Shown here: positions 1 through 10,155 of the stretch, piece after piece | How positions within the stretch are numbered: the first letter of the stretch is position 1 | Layout of the letters: each line of letters begins with the position of its first letter | Assembly: GCA_964495685.1 (NCBI GenBank) | Contig: CAZBVQ010000001.1 | Coordinates: 105,521-169,520 of the forward strand | DNA length: 64,000 bases | DNA from: an uncultured Candidatus Saccharibacteria bacterium | GTDB taxonomy: Bacteria > Patescibacteriota > Minisyncoccia > Phycocordibacterales > PALSA-1337 | Reading direction: 5' to 3' | Program-made: the position numbers and the translations under genes | The notes under the pieces: model-generated | The model's input: the letters and a program-made list of their open reading frames with translations, nothing else | The model's database searches: none | Told to the model about the DNA's origin: nothing

Positions 1-2
1 AT

Positions 3-1232
3 ATTCAGCAGGGAGTCTCAATCTCAATATTCGCAAAGAAAGAAGGCAAAAAGAAAGTCGGATTGGCAGATGTGTACCACTTCGAATTATGGGGCAAGCG
101 GGAAGATAAGTTTGCGGCTCTCAATGCGAGCACTATCGAAAATGTAAAGTGGAATAAATTGAACTATTCCGAGCCATATTATTTCTTTGTACCTAAAGAC
201 TTTGGCGACGAGGAGGAATATAAGAAGGGATTTTCTGTGACAGAAATATTTGGTGAATACAATTCAGGCATTCAGACCAAACGCGACGATCTTACGATAA
301 GTTTTGATAGGGGAAGCATTGAAGCAGTGGCTACAGATATGGAGAATCTTCCTGTCGACGAGATACGAAAGAAATATAATCTTCCTGAGGATGGTCGAGA
401 CTGGAAGATAGAGTGGGCGAAAAAAGATGTTACGGCTGGATATAAAATCGAAAATATTCAATACCGTCCTTTTGACACACGATACACTCTCTATACTGGG
501 CGTTCGAAAGGTTTTCTTGCGTATCCTCGAGAGAAGACAAACAAGAATATTGTTGGTAAAGACAATTTATCATTGCTGACAAGTCGCATGATCCCGCCTT
601 CCCAGGATTTTGATAGAAGTTTGGTCACACGAAATATATCTGATATACATGCGGCCAGTGACCAGACCTACGTTTTTCCATTGTATCTATATGCTGATGA
701 TGGATCGAAAGTATCGAATCTTAAGAAAGAAATTGTCGAAAAAATTAAGAATATAGTCGGAGATATTTCTCCGGAGGATATTTTCGATTACATATACGCA
801 ATGTCGTACTCGCCAACCTATAGGCAAAAATATAAGGAATTTTTAAGGATAGATTTTCCTCGGATACCATACCCAAAAGACGCTCAACAGTTTAAATCTC
901 TTGTTTCACGAGGTCGGGAACTTCGAAACCTACATTTGTTTGAGTCAAAGAATATCAATATTCTAACCACCTACCCCGCTAGCGGTTCTAATACTGTTGA
1001 GGCTGTTTCATATAAAAACGGCAATGTTTTCATTAACATTGACCAATATTTCGGGAATGTTCCTGCTACCGTTTGGGATTTTCACATTGGAGGATATATT
1101 CCTGCACAGAAGTGGCTCAAAGACCGAAGAGGACACAAACTATCTGACGATGAGATCTCGCACTACCAAAAAATTATCGTTGCTATTAGCGAAACTGCGC
1201 GGATAATGGAAGAAATTGGGAAAATTATCTAG
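3..1232 (+). CDS. Type ISP restriction-modification enzyme / adenine DNA methylase, C-terminal specificity region (5'-truncated by window)
   Basis: Frame open from base 3 (IQQGVSISIFAK...). Motifs YRPFD, YVFPLYLY, DIFDYIYA, YRQKYKEFLRIDFPRIP and WDFHIGGY..AQKWLKDR are typical of the type ISP C-terminus. Confidence 0.85.
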   Translation: MQQGVSISIFAKKEGKKKVGLADVYHFELWGKREDKFAALNASTIENVKWNKLNYSEPYYFFVPKDFGDEEEYKKGFSVTEIFGEYNSGIQTKRDDLTISFDRGSIEAVATDMENLPVDEIRKKYNLPEDGRDWKIEWAKKDVTAGYKIENIQYRPFDTRYTLYTGRSKGFLAYPREKTNKNIVGKDNLSLLTSRMIPPSQDFDRSLVTRNISDIHAASDQTYVFPLYLYADDGSKVSNLKKEIVEKIKNIVGDISPEDIFDYIYAMSYSPTYRQKYKEFLRIDFPRIPYPKDAQQFKSLVSRGRELRNLHLFESKNINILTTYPASGSNTVEAVSYKNGNVFINIDQYFGNVPATVWDFHIGGYIPAQKWLKDRRGHKLSDDEISHYQKIIVAISETARIMEEIGKII

Positions 1233-3065
1233 CTAGAATTCTCCGAGAATCTTTAGCAGTTTCTCCTCGTGTTCATTTATAGCCTTGGCGTCAGGTTTGA
1301 TCGAATGAATGTCTATGATTGGATTGTCTTTGAAGTAAAGTACCTCGTTGCTCTGGAAGATGCCGCTCCAGCCCTTCTTTTTACGGTCATCAGTGTTCGT
1401 CGCTACTCTGATTGCCTCATTATATTGATCTATATCGAGTTTTATCATCTCCTTTCTCTCGGATACGTGACCAGTCAAATCTGTTTCATACGTTCTGAAC
1501 AGTTTTTTGAGCAGTCCTTCGAAAGCTAAAAGTTTAGAATAGCCATCGATGAGCATCTCACGTCTTTCGAGAAATATCTTTTCCATCGTCGGGTCGATAA
1601 ATTTGAGAAATGTTTTTCCGTCCTCCTTAAACTCCTTTAAAAGCATCTTTCCTTCAAAGACGCCGGAAAGGATAGTAAGCGACATATTGTATATGCTGAA
1701 GAAATTCGGCTTGCCCTGATTATTCAGATTGCCGATGATAAGCTCGCGATCCAAGTGTTCACCTTTATGTTCCGGATCATCATCGGCATAAACGATGCCG
1801 AGATTGGCGTCGTAACGGTCAGTCCTTTCCTTGAAGTCCTTCACAAATTCGTAGTTGCCGTTGAAGTTGTACAGGCTTTCGCCGGTGATGACGATCCCGT
1901 CGAATTTTTCAAAAGCCTTCTTTTCATCGAGTTCTCCTTTTTCAGTTATATCGAGGCCGACCCTCTCCATTACTTCTTTAGCAGCCGCGAATTCGCTGTC
2001 ATAGAGGCGCTTGCTGTATAGCTTCTCTTTCATCGTCTCCGCCTCTGTATGGTTTCGTATCTGAAGTTCTTCCGCTTCGATGTGTTTGCGGAGTATCGAA
2101 TTTGCCTCTGTTTTGATAGCAATCCATCTATTGAATAACTCAGCATCACTGCTTACTGCAAGTGGTGTGTATGCTTCCTCAAGTCCGTCATCAAGCCATT
2201 TGAGGCATCCTTCCTTGAGCATGACCTGTATAGTTGTATTGTGTTCAACGGCATACTTCTCCATAGCCTTTGTAACATCGTCACAGGTGCCGGTATCCTC
2301 ATCGTCGGCTTCCTGATTTTTGGCCATAGCTTTTTCAGTAACTTCGATACCTTTCATCTTCAGAAAATATCGAGCTACTTCGACAAGAGGAATACAAGCA
2401 AAATAGTGGAAAAGCTGATATTCCTTGGCAAATTTGTTATAGCTTTGTTCCGCAACGAGAGATGCTAGCTTTCCCTTTGCCTCTGGAGAAAATTCAGATT
2501 TTCCGTTATACAGATTGGCAATGATTTCTTCTTGATCAAGATACTGATGATCTGTCTCCACGTCGGGGTAGAGTTCGTTCATACGCTTTCTGTCGTCCGG
2601 ATTCAGTTTTTCAAAGGCTAATTGATAAATGGCATAGTCGAAATCGAGCCCTTCCTTCAGCTTTACTTCTTTCTGCTTAGCTGCGATCCTTACGGCTTCG
2701 TCGAGCTCGACCATCTTCATTTTCTCCAAGGTATCAATGCATCTGCCCATCCTGCGATATGAGGGGTAGTAGAGTAGATTTAGAATGACAGGAAGTTGTG
2801 CCAAATATGCAACTTTGGCATCTTTGTATATTAGTTCGACCTCGATCTCCATTCTTCCCGTGTGCTTCCAGGCTTCATTTAGCCGATTCCACTCTCGAGC
2901 TTCGCTGTTATCCTTGGCTTTCCAGTTTTCCAACGCATCCTTATCAGCGGGAGTCAAAATATCCTTGCCGGTTTTCATCTTTTGCACGTCGTTTTGAATG
3001 AGGAGAATGAATTTCTCCCGTGCCGTTAGGTTTCCAGTATGTAGCATTCGCGTTAAATCTCTCAT
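1233..3065 (-). CDS. Hypothetical protein, 610 aa, charged and likely helical
   Basis: Long ORF starting 1 nt after the upstream ORF's stop. No recognisable motif. Confidence 0.8.
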   Translation of the reverse strand: MRDLTRMLHTGNLTAREKFILLIQNDVQKMKTGKDILTPADKDALENWKAKDNSEAREWNRLNEAWKHTGRMEIEVELIYKDAKVAYLAQLPVILNLLYYPSYRRMGRCIDTLEKMKMVELDEAVRIAAKQKEVKLKEGLDFDYAIYQLAFEKLNPDDRKRMNELYPDVETDHQYLDQEEIIANLYNGKSEFSPEAKGKLASLVAEQSYNKFAKEYQLFHYFACIPLVEVARYFLKMKGIEVTEKAMAKNQEADDEDTGTCDDVTKAMEKYAVEHNTTIQVMLKEGCLKWLDDGLEEAYTPLAVSSDAELFNRWIAIKTEANSILRKHIEAEELQIRNHTEAETMKEKLYSKRLYDSEFAAAKEVMERVGLDITEKGELDEKKAFEKFDGIVITGESLYNFNGNYEFVKDFKERTDRYDANLGIVYADDDPEHKGEHLDRELIIGNLNNQGKPNFFSIYNMSLTILSGVFEGKMLLKEFKEDGKTFLKFIDPTMEKIFLERREMLIDGYSKLLAFEGLLKKLFRTYETDLTGHVSERKEMIKLDIDQYNEAIRVATNTDDRKKKGWSGIFQSNEVLYFKDNPIIDIHSIKPDAKAINEHEEKLLKILGEF

Positions 3066-3066
3066 G

Positions 3067-3279
3067 TTATCTTCTTTTCTTTAGGGTTTGTTCAAGGAAT
3101 TCGACCCGTTCCTTGAGATCAGCCACTTCGATCACTTTTGAAAGTGCCAAAGCAACACGCGAGACAGTCATGGCCCTCCTTAGCGTAGTTTTGCCCTGTG
3201 ACACGTCCTTAAGGGTGGTCGAGAGAATCTCGCCGGCTTCCTCGATGCTCAATATCTTCTTGTTTTCTTGGATATTCAT
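3067..3279 (-). CDS. Small hypothetical protein with C-terminal coiled coil
   Basis: ATG at 3279 (MNIQENK...), C-terminus ..EVADLKERVEFLEQ... Tight operon spacing. Confidence 0.6.
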   Translation of the reverse strand: MNIQENKKILSIEEAGEILSTTLKDVSQGKTTLRRAMTVSRVALALSKVIEVADLKERVEFLEQTLKKRR

Positions 3280-3286
3280 ATGTTTG

Positions 3287-3676
3287 TTACATTCCTTCGA
3301 CGATCTCAACCCATGCTTTTACTTCAGCTGCCTTGCCGGACTTTGTTGCCTCTCTGTAGAGGGCGGAAATGACGTTCGGAGTGAGCTTTTTGGCCCAATA
3401 GCTGATGCTTTTCATGAGACCACCGTCCTCATCGATCTTTTTGTTCCATGCTGATAGCGTGCCGGGGTCCTTGATACCGAATCTCTTAGCAAATTCTGTT
3501 TGGTTTTTGATGTCGAGAAGCGATATGGCAATCTCATCATCAATGCCAAATTTCTCGATAACGTGCTTTGGCTGCCCACGGAGTATCGAGGGCATGGATC
3601 GCCAAAGAACGTATGACTCGAATTCCTGTTTCTTGTATACATTCAGTGATTTGGAATGTTCGGCATCGATTTCCAT
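3287..3676 (-). CDS. HTH protein, possible phage terminase small subunit-like
   Basis: NQTEFAKRFGIKDPGTLSAWNK HTH followed by TPNVISALYREA..G.A.EVKAW. Position just after the methylases matches phage gene order. Confidence 0.5.
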   Translation of the reverse strand: MEIDAEHSKSLNVYKKQEFESYVLWRSMPSILRGQPKHVIEKFGIDDEIAISLLDIKNQTEFAKRFGIKDPGTLSAWNKKIDEDGGLMKSISYWAKKLTPNVISALYREATKSGKAAEVKAWVEIVEGM

Positions 3677-3682
3677 ATGCGT

Positions 3683-4450
3683 TTAATCATGGTTAATCAG
3701 TTCGGCTTTTTTCTTGGTCAATTTCTCCCATCTCTCGACTATGGTCTTTGCATACGCCTCATCCAGCTCAACCATGAGACACTTTCGACCTAAGTGTTCG
3801 CAGGCAATCAAAGTTGATCCTGAACCGCCGAATGGATCGAGTACGATATCCCCGGGCTTTGTCGAGTGGTATATGAGGCGACGCAGAAGGGCTGGCGGTT
3901 TCATCGTCGGATGCAGCTTGCTTCTTGATGGTTTGGGGTAGAAAAGAGCCGTTTTGTCTTTGTTGCCGAAATATTGGTGTTTGCCGTACCAGCCGTACAC
4001 AATGAGCTCGTGTTGAGGATGGTAGTCCTTGCGGCCGACCACGAGGTGATTCTTTATCCATATGAGGAGTGCTGACTTCGTATAGCCGGTATCGTGTAGG
4101 GCATTCAGAAGTTCACGGAGTTTAGTGTCTCCGTTGAAGATGTAGAAAGCATTTTTCTCGGCCATATGGGAGTTGACTGCCTCGAGCCACTTATTTGAGA
4201 GATCGTAATAGTCGACATTTACTGCGTCTCCTTTGATCGCCTTAAATTCCACTCCATTTCCGCCTTTATGGATCGTGTCGAGGAATTCCTGCTTGCCCTC
4301 GACGTAACCAACGCCGTAGGGCGGGTCGGTCAAGACGAGATCGATCTTGTCGCCGCCAATGAGAAGATCCACGTCCTCTTTTTTCGTCGCATCTCCCAGA
4401 AGAAGACGATGTTCCCCGAGCTTCCAGATTTTAGTTGAGCTTTTTGGCAT
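3683..4450 (-). CDS. Site-specific DNA methyltransferase (N4/N6, beta class)
   Basis: GEHRLLLGD, TDPPY, HPTMKP, VLDPFGGSGSTLIA. ATG at 4450 overlaps the upstream gene end. Confidence 0.92.
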   Translation of the reverse strand: MPKSSTKIWKLGEHRLLLGDATKKEDVDLLIGGDKIDLVLTDPPYGVGYVEGKQEFLDTIHKGGNGVEFKAIKGDAVNVDYYDLSNKWLEAVNSHMAEKNAFYIFNGDTKLRELLNALHDTGYTKSALLIWIKNHLVVGRKDYHPQHELIVYGWYGKHQYFGNKDKTALFYPKPSRSKLHPTMKPPALLRRLIYHSTKPGDIVLDPFGGSGSTLIACEHLGRKCLMVELDEAYAKTIVERWEKLTKKKAELINHD

Positions 4451-5690
4451 GGTTTTGAGTGAAGTGCTCGTAACGCCGAATAATGAGATCGCAGAATGTG
4501 GGGTCAAGTTCGACCAAGTATGCCCGGCGTTTCAGTTGCTCTGCGGCGATCAGGGTACTTCCGCTTCCGCCGAAAAGATCGAGCACGATTTCTCCCGGTG
4601 CGCTACAGCGTTTCATCGGTTTTTCGTTCAATGTTATCGGTTTCTGTGTTGGGTGCTCGTAATCTGCGGTATTGTCGCGCTTCACTAGCCAGAGCTGGAC
4701 GATTGACATAAGGTCGTCATACGCGCCGATCGAGTTAACTTCTTTGTTTAGGATTTCTGATAGATTTTTTACCGACGGATTCAAGATAGGACTGCCGCGT
4801 GTGCCGTACACGCATGGTTCTATGACCTTGTTGAAGGCGACTTGCGGTGTTGGATCAAAGTTATTCTTGACCCAGAAGCAGATACGCCTGTTTACAATGC
4901 CGTTTTTCTCATACAGATTTTGGAGAAGCCAGACGTATTTCTCATCGCACCAGTAGAAGATGTGGATATCTGGCTTACATCCTGAAAGCGCATTCTTGAG
5001 CGATGTCTCGATGGATTTCTCGTATTCACCAGTGCTTTTGCTGTCATTTACAATCTTGTCAGTATATTTGCCGTTCGTACCTATGCCTTTGCGATAATCG
5101 AGGCCGATATTGTACGGGGGATCGCAGTAAATCATGCTCGCTTTGTCCGTACCCATCAGTTTCTGAATTGTCTCTGGATTTAGCGAGTCGCCGCATATGA
5201 GCTTATGGTCTCCAAGCTCATATATGTCACCGGGCTTGGTTTCTGGTACACTGATTTTTTCAAGCTCCTCCTTTACGTTGAATCCGTCATCCTGAATGTC
5301 GAGAACGTCGTCAAAGAACCCATTCAGTTCATCCGGTGTGAATCCAACGTCCATGAGCATGTTCGAATCGAAAAGCTTCAAAAGTTCTTCGTCCCAGCTT
5401 CCAAGGTTCTTGTTGAGACGAAGATTAAGCTCCTTTTCGCGCTCAATCTCCGGAATATTGAGATATACAACCGGCACTTCTGTGAATCCGAGTGTTGTGG
5501 CGACTTTGAGGCGAAGATGACCACCAATCACCACATTTTTTCGCTCTGGAGAACCATTTACGATGAGGGGATCGCAGAGGCCGAAGCGTTTGATGCTCTC
5601 GCTCATGTCGTAAAGCACTTTGTCGTCCCATTTCCTAGGATTATAGGCCGAGGGCTTCAGTTCTTTGATTTGTACGTGGTCGATTTTCAT
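4431..5690 (-). CDS. ParB-N domain DNA modification methylase
   Basis: N-terminal LKPSAYNPR...GGHLRLK (ParB-like). CDPPYN, HPTQKP, VLDLFGGSGSTLIAAEQ. Confidence 0.92.
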   Translation of the reverse strand: MKIDHVQIKELKPSAYNPRKWDDKVLYDMSESIKRFGLCDPLIVNGSPERKNVVIGGHLRLKVATTLGFTEVPVVYLNIPEIEREKELNLRLNKNLGSWDEELLKLFDSNMLMDVGFTPDELNGFFDDVLDIQDDGFNVKEELEKISVPETKPGDIYELGDHKLICGDSLNPETIQKLMGTDKASMIYCDPPYNIGLDYRKGIGTNGKYTDKIVNDSKSTGEYEKSIETSLKNALSGCKPDIHIFYWCDEKYVWLLQNLYEKNGIVNRRICFWVKNNFDPTPQVAFNKVIEPCVYGTRGSPILNPSVKNLSEILNKEVNSIGAYDDLMSIVQLWLVKRDNTADYEHPTQKPITLNEKPMKRCSAPGEIVLDLFGGSGSTLIAAEQLKRRAYLVELDPTFCDLIIRRYEHFTQNHAKKLN

Positions 5691-5757
5691 AATAGTTGTT
5701 TATTGATTACTAATAAGTGAAGTATAGTAACTATTTAAGGCAAAAAAATTTATACTG

Positions 5758-6297
5758 TTAAAAACGCGCAGGCATCCTCCTCTTGAAAGTAAGGTGCAGG
5801 CGCTTGAGCTGGATCTCGGCAACAGGCTTGCTCACCTTGAAGATTCTAGCGACATCCTCGATATACGGCGACGGTGTTACCTTATACAGCTCGCGAACCA
5901 TTATTTCGGGCATGAGTATGTCGCCTGCAAATTCATCGCAAAGATCTTCGTCCCAACCGTGCACATTTTTCGAGCAGAACACCGTTTTTGGCTGATTGGG
6001 GAAGAGAACTATATGCGCCAGCTCATGCGCGGCGGAGAAACGCTGCCTCTCGGTGCATTCTTGGCCATTAACCACGACAATCCATCCGATATTCATGTCT
6101 TTGGTGGAGAAAGCCGACACGCCTTGCGGGAAAAGCTCGCTATTCGACTTTACGACGCAGTGTACATCGCCGAGATATGACTCGATGACATCCCTGATTG
6201 GAATGGGAGTCTTGAAATAGCCGGAGTCCTGTGCCTCCTTCAGAATCTCATTTACCTTGTTTTTGGCTTTGACTCGCCACTCGTCTGGGATCCGCAT
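5758..6297 (-). CDS. ImmA/IrrE family metallo-endopeptidase
   Basis: RQRFSAAHELAH (HExxH) and E..CDEFAGDILMP. Confidence 0.9.
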   Translation of the reverse strand: MRIPDEWRVKAKNKVNEILKEAQDSGYFKTPIPIRDVIESYLGDVHCVVKSNSELFPQGVSAFSTKDMNIGWIVVVNGQECTERQRFSAAHELAHIVLFPNQPKTVFCSKNVHGWDEDLCDEFAGDILMPEIMVRELYKVTPSPYIEDVARIFKVSKPVAEIQLKRLHLTFKRRMPARF

Positions 6298-6302
6298 ATT
6301 GG

Positions 6303-6653
6303 TTACTTAGTTTTTAAATGTTGTTTGATGTGTTCGATATATGCCTCGACCGCTTGTATCTGATTGTCGTTCAGATCATACTTGGCCCGAAGGAAGGTGG
6401 GTGTACTTGCTTTGGCGATATAATCCTCTTGTGTGATGCCTGCCTTTGTGAGGATTAACTCAACCGGCTCCTTCAATCCGTCCGCAATCTGTCGAAGTGT
6501 CTTGACTGAAGGGGAATCATCCAAGTACTCACCGCTTTCAAGCCTCGAAATATATCCTCTTGTGAGCTTCGATTCCTTGGCAAGTTTCTCCTGGGTCAAA
6601 CCCTTATCTTCACGCAATGACTTTATGACCGTGTGCAATTTCATGTTCTTCAA
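6303..6653 (-). CDS. XRE-family HTH repressor (ImmR-like)
   Basis: LREDKGLTQEKLAKESKLTRGYISRLESG..SPSVKTLRQIA. Directly upstream of the ImmA-like gene. Confidence 0.9.
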   Translation of the reverse strand: MKNMKLHTVIKSLREDKGLTQEKLAKESKLTRGYISRLESGEYLDDSPSVKTLRQIADGLKEPVELILTKAGITQEDYIAKASTPTFLRAKYDLNDNQIQAVEAYIEHIKQHLKTK

Positions 6654-7112
6654 TTCAACTTATGCTTCTAATGCTTCGACTGGCTTAATGATACCATGCA
6701 TGACTACAAGGTTACAATAGTATACAGTGTGGATATTGAATTAGGACACGGAAATAGCCACCTGTAAATACTTGGCTACGAAAAGCCAATCAAGTCAAGA
6801 ACGAATCGATAGAGATATGTATTTATGGCGATGTATAGCCATTCTTTGAACTTCATGAGTTTGAGATGGGTCTAAACTATTGGGTTTGTTTGGCTTTTGA
6901 CCCAAGTGAGACATGATGCGGATCCATCAAGGACTGTCTCAATTGTCTCATTTTGAGGAAACTAGCCCCTATGCGGATGCCTCACTACACTATTGGTGTG
7001 ATTGCCAGAAAACCCTTATACTGTCTTATACTACACAGTCCGAGACGTTAGTGGGGCACAACCAATACGCATGTTAATGTTAGATAGTTGTGATAATATC
7101 TTGAGATCAAAC

Positions 7113-7382
7113 ATGAAAAAATACTCTGAAAAAATGATAGTAATTATTTTTGGTTTCTTACTGTTCATTCCGGGTGTTTTAAGTATTTTTCCTCCGATAA
7201 GTTATCTGGTCTCACATTACGAATATGTCCTTCGTCTTCCAGCTCACGGTTTTCCTCTTTTATATAGGGGAGCTTTCCTTTTCATTGATTCATTATATTA
7301 TGCGCCAGTAGTTTTAAAGTTAGCCGTTTTGTTTGCCGGATTATTTTTAATATTATACGGATTCATCCATTACAAGAGATAA
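7113..7382 (+). CDS. Hypothetical membrane protein
   Basis: ATG at 7113 after a TGnTAATAT-type -10. Two hydrophobic segments. Confidence 0.55.
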   Translation: MKKYSEKMIVIIFGFLLFIPGVLSIFPPISYLVSHYEYVLRLPAHGFPLLYRGAFLFIDSLYYAPVVLKLAVLFAGLFLILYGFIHYKR

Positions 7383-7404
7383 ATAGTGAATATCCTCATA
7401 TATT

Positions 7405-8022
7405 ATGTCCATCAAATTCAACGAAGTTACCTGGTACTCAAAGCTCGGCGCAATCATCTTGTTTATTCTGGTCGTTCCAGTTTTGACGTTTTGTATTGGT
7501 CGGAAATATCAGGAAGTCATCGACATTCAGGTTGTAAGTGTGACAAATACTTCATCACCAAAACATATGGCCGCATCACCTGATCACCAGGGCGCAGTGA
7601 GTCCTCTGAGTAGTACGTATCACATCGATGATCAGGATGTAACACTCTCCAACGGTTCATTCGAGCAATCTGTAGAGGGAAGTTCTGGCACATTCGAGAC
7701 AAAACTATTTGGCGAGCCAGTGTATGGCGACCTCAATGGCGATGGTGTCAACGATGCTATTTCATTTTTGTATCAGGAGACTCCAGGTACTGGTATCTTT
7801 TTCTACGCTGTAGCCACAATCAATGTGAACGGCTCGTATGTCGGCACCAATGCCATTTTCTTGGGAGACCGTATTGCTCCGCAAAATATTACTATCTCCA
7901 AAGGTGTAGCCGCTGCAAACTATGCGACTCGCAAAGATTCAGATCCCATGACTACCGATCCATCAGTTGGAGTGACCAAATACGTGAAGATCGAAGGGTT
8001 GAAATTGGTGGAGGGGAGGTAG
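7405..8022 (+). CDS. Membrane-anchored hypothetical protein
   Basis: N-terminal TM (VTWYSKLGAIILF). GDLNGDGVNDA Ca-binding-like loop and LGDRIAPQ. Confidence 0.8.
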   Translation: MSIKFNEVTWYSKLGAIILFILVVPVLTFCIGRKYQEVIDIQVVSVTNTSSPKHMAASPDHQGAVSPLSSTYHIDDQDVTLSNGSFEQSVEGSSGTFETKLFGEPVYGDLNGDGVNDAISFLYQETPGTGIFFYAVATINVNGSYVGTNAIFLGDRIAPQNITISKGVAAANYATRKDSDPMTTDPSVGVTKYVKIEGLKLVEGR

Positions 8023-8098
8023 GTTATATTTTCTCTAGTATTTTACGCATGGTAGCATTGTGATCGATCTACAAAAGTCATTTTTTTGGTATTTAAGA

Positions 8099-8860
8099 TT
8101 ACTTTATCCCAGTCCACATGTTTTCAAATAGATTTAGGTAAGCTTTGGTAAGCGCTTTATTTTTTATGCATATAGCAGTGACTGGTGAATACTCAGTTGA
8201 GTAAATTATGTTCAGTACGGTGTCTATCTCTGGGTAGATGTGTAGGCCAGCAGGGTTGGGGTTATTAGACTCAACGTATTTTATTTCATACATATTTATG
8301 TTAGATACGTCATGGTCGATTGATTCCTTCTGGGAAGAGTAGCCGAGCATCTTGATGTGTACATTTTTCTTACGAACAACCTTATGATACTTGTCCCAAA
8401 TTGGTCGCATGGTTTGTTTCATGAAATCTTCTCCACCTGTACCCAAAACATATTTTGTACTTCGTGCGGGCATCGAGTTGATAAGTGTTGAGAGCAGTCT
8501 GAGGTACTCATCGTTGCCTTCGTGCACAGAAATCTCCCGCAATTCCCGATTGGTTGTGATTTGTTGATAATAACGAAGTAAATTTTCAGCGCTTTCTTGT
8601 TTTTCCTTGAGCTCAGTAATCAAAATGTTCGGGGTAATAGATTCAAAGATCATTTTACCCTTCATATTTTTGGCAGATATAAGTTTTTTGTCCACGAGGT
8701 GGTCAAGGGCGGTATATACAATGTTTCGGTGGAGGTTTGTTTTTGCGATTATGTTTCCAGCGGCGGAGGCGCCCTGTTGTAGCAAAACTTGGTAGACGAG
8801 GGCCTCGTTTTCTGAAAAACCCAATTTTCTTAAATCGAATAAATCGTTGTTTATAGGCAT
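8099..8860 (-). CDS. TrmB-family transcriptional regulator (copy 1)
   Basis: LGFSENEALVYQVLL..HRNIVYTALDHLVDKKLI wHTH plus C-terminal sensor domain. Confidence 0.9.
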   Translation of the reverse strand: MPINNDLFDLRKLGFSENEALVYQVLLQQGASAAGNIIAKTNLHRNIVYTALDHLVDKKLISAKNMKGKMIFESITPNILITELKEKQESAENLLRYYQQITTNRELREISVHEGNDEYLRLLSTLINSMPARSTKYVLGTGGEDFMKQTMRPIWDKYHKVVRKKNVHIKMLGYSSQKESIDHDVSNINMYEIKYVESNNPNPAGLHIYPEIDTVLNIIYSTEYSPVTAICIKNKALTKAYLNLFENMWTGIK

Positions 8861-8965
8861 ATTTTATGTATTTTAGATAGTTATCACCTAAAATAGTTGA
8901 CAACATATATAATTATGCTATACTGTAACTGCTAAGTCAAATATCAGCTGTTAATAACATATATT

Positions 8966-10099
8966 ATGAAAAAAATTATTATCCCGATAGTTATTCTTCT
9001 TCTTGTTGTGGTCATTGTCGGCTATTACTCATTAGTTTCTAATAAAACAGATACGCAGGAACCGATTGTTATTGGATACATCGGACCTCTTTCTGGTCCC
9101 TCTGCAGTTTTGGGGATGGACGCTGTTAAAGCAGTCCAGATTGCCGTTGACGAAGCAAACGTCAAAGGAGGTGTTAATGGCAGGGAACTCAAGATGGTTT
9201 TCCAAGACGATCAGTACCTAACAAAAAATACGGTTACTGCCTATCGAAAGATGGTTGACACCGACGGTGCCAAGATTGTTTTAGTTGCCAACTTTGGCGG
9301 GGTTCTCGCCTTGAAGGATGCGGCAGTGAAAGACGGTGTTATTATAATTGATCCACTCGACTGTAATGCCCGAGTTGCTGATTCTAGTAAAAATCTGTTT
9401 TGCATCGCTACCGAAACAGAGTCGATTGGTACGTCTCTTGCACACAAATTGGTTTCTCAAGGAAAATTGAAGGCAGGAATCATGTATTCAACTAAAGACG
9501 AGTTTATGTCATTGGTTAGTGATGCTTTCCGCAACACGTTTGCGAAAGCTGGTGGCGTAGCCATTGTTGAGTCATTCAATTATGAGGATAAAGACTTCAA
9601 GACTCAACTCACAAAGATTAAATCAGAAAATCCTGATGCATTGGTTCTCCTAGGACACGATGAAACAGGTATAATTATGAAACAGGCACGCGATCTTGGA
9701 CTCAAAGCACCCTTCATGACAACAGGTACAATCACAAGCCCTGGGGCACAAGAAGCTGCGCGTGGATATGCCGAAGGTACACTATTTGCATTTTGGGATG
9801 CTAGTTCGGACAACCTAGGAGCACAATCACTGACTAGTACATTTACCAAATTAGTTGGTCGCCCGCCAATATTTCCTCTTACGACTCATCCTGCATACGA
9901 CGCGGTAACCGTTCTTACGACTCAGGTTTTGCCTGGAATCAATGGAGATATTACTGCCGAAAAGATAAGGGCGGGACTTCTGTCGGTCAAAGGATACAAG
10001 GGTGTAACGGGAACGATTACTATCGACAGCAATGGGGCGGCTCCAATACAAGAGAGTGTGTATAAGCTCGTGAACGGTGCTCCAGTTAAGGCGGAGTAG
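8966..10099 (+). CDS. Branched-chain amino acid ABC-type substrate-binding protein, LivK/LivJ-like (copy 1)
   Basis: IGYIGPLSG, GGVNGRELK, DFKTQLTKIK, YDAV, YKGVTGTITID. N-terminal TM anchor. Confidence 0.9.
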   Translation: MKKIIIPIVILLLVVVIVGYYSLVSNKTDTQEPIVIGYIGPLSGPSAVLGMDAVKAVQIAVDEANVKGGVNGRELKMVFQDDQYLTKNTVTAYRKMVDTDGAKIVLVANFGGVLALKDAAVKDGVIIIDPLDCNARVADSSKNLFCIATETESIGTSLAHKLVSQGKLKAGIMYSTKDEFMSLVSDAFRNTFAKAGGVAIVESFNYEDKDFKTQLTKIKSENPDALVLLGHDETGIIMKQARDLGLKAPFMTTGTITSPGAQEAARGYAEGTLFAFWDASSDNLGAQSLTSTFTKLVGRPPIFPLTTHPAYDAVTVLTTQVLPGINGDITAEKIRAGLLSVKGYKGVTGTITIDSNGAAPIQESVYKLVNGAPVKAE

Positions 10100-10118
10100 A
10101 ATAAAATTTCTTGCACAC

Positions 10119-10148
10119 AAAAACCACTCCATAACCGGAGTGGTTTTT
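10119..10148. terminator. Bidirectional intrinsic terminator
   Basis: aaaaaccactcc-ataacc-ggagtggttttt between convergent genes. Confidence 0.8.
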
Positions 10149-10155
10149 GTGTGTA

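Larger units (their letters stand above)
1233..6653. mobile_element. End of an integrated element (ICE/prophage/satellite-like)
   Basis: Co-oriented XRE repressor, ImmA/IrrE peptidase, ParB-methylase, methylase, HTH and unknown genes, converging on a type ISP gene. No integrase or att site visible. Confidence 0.6.
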
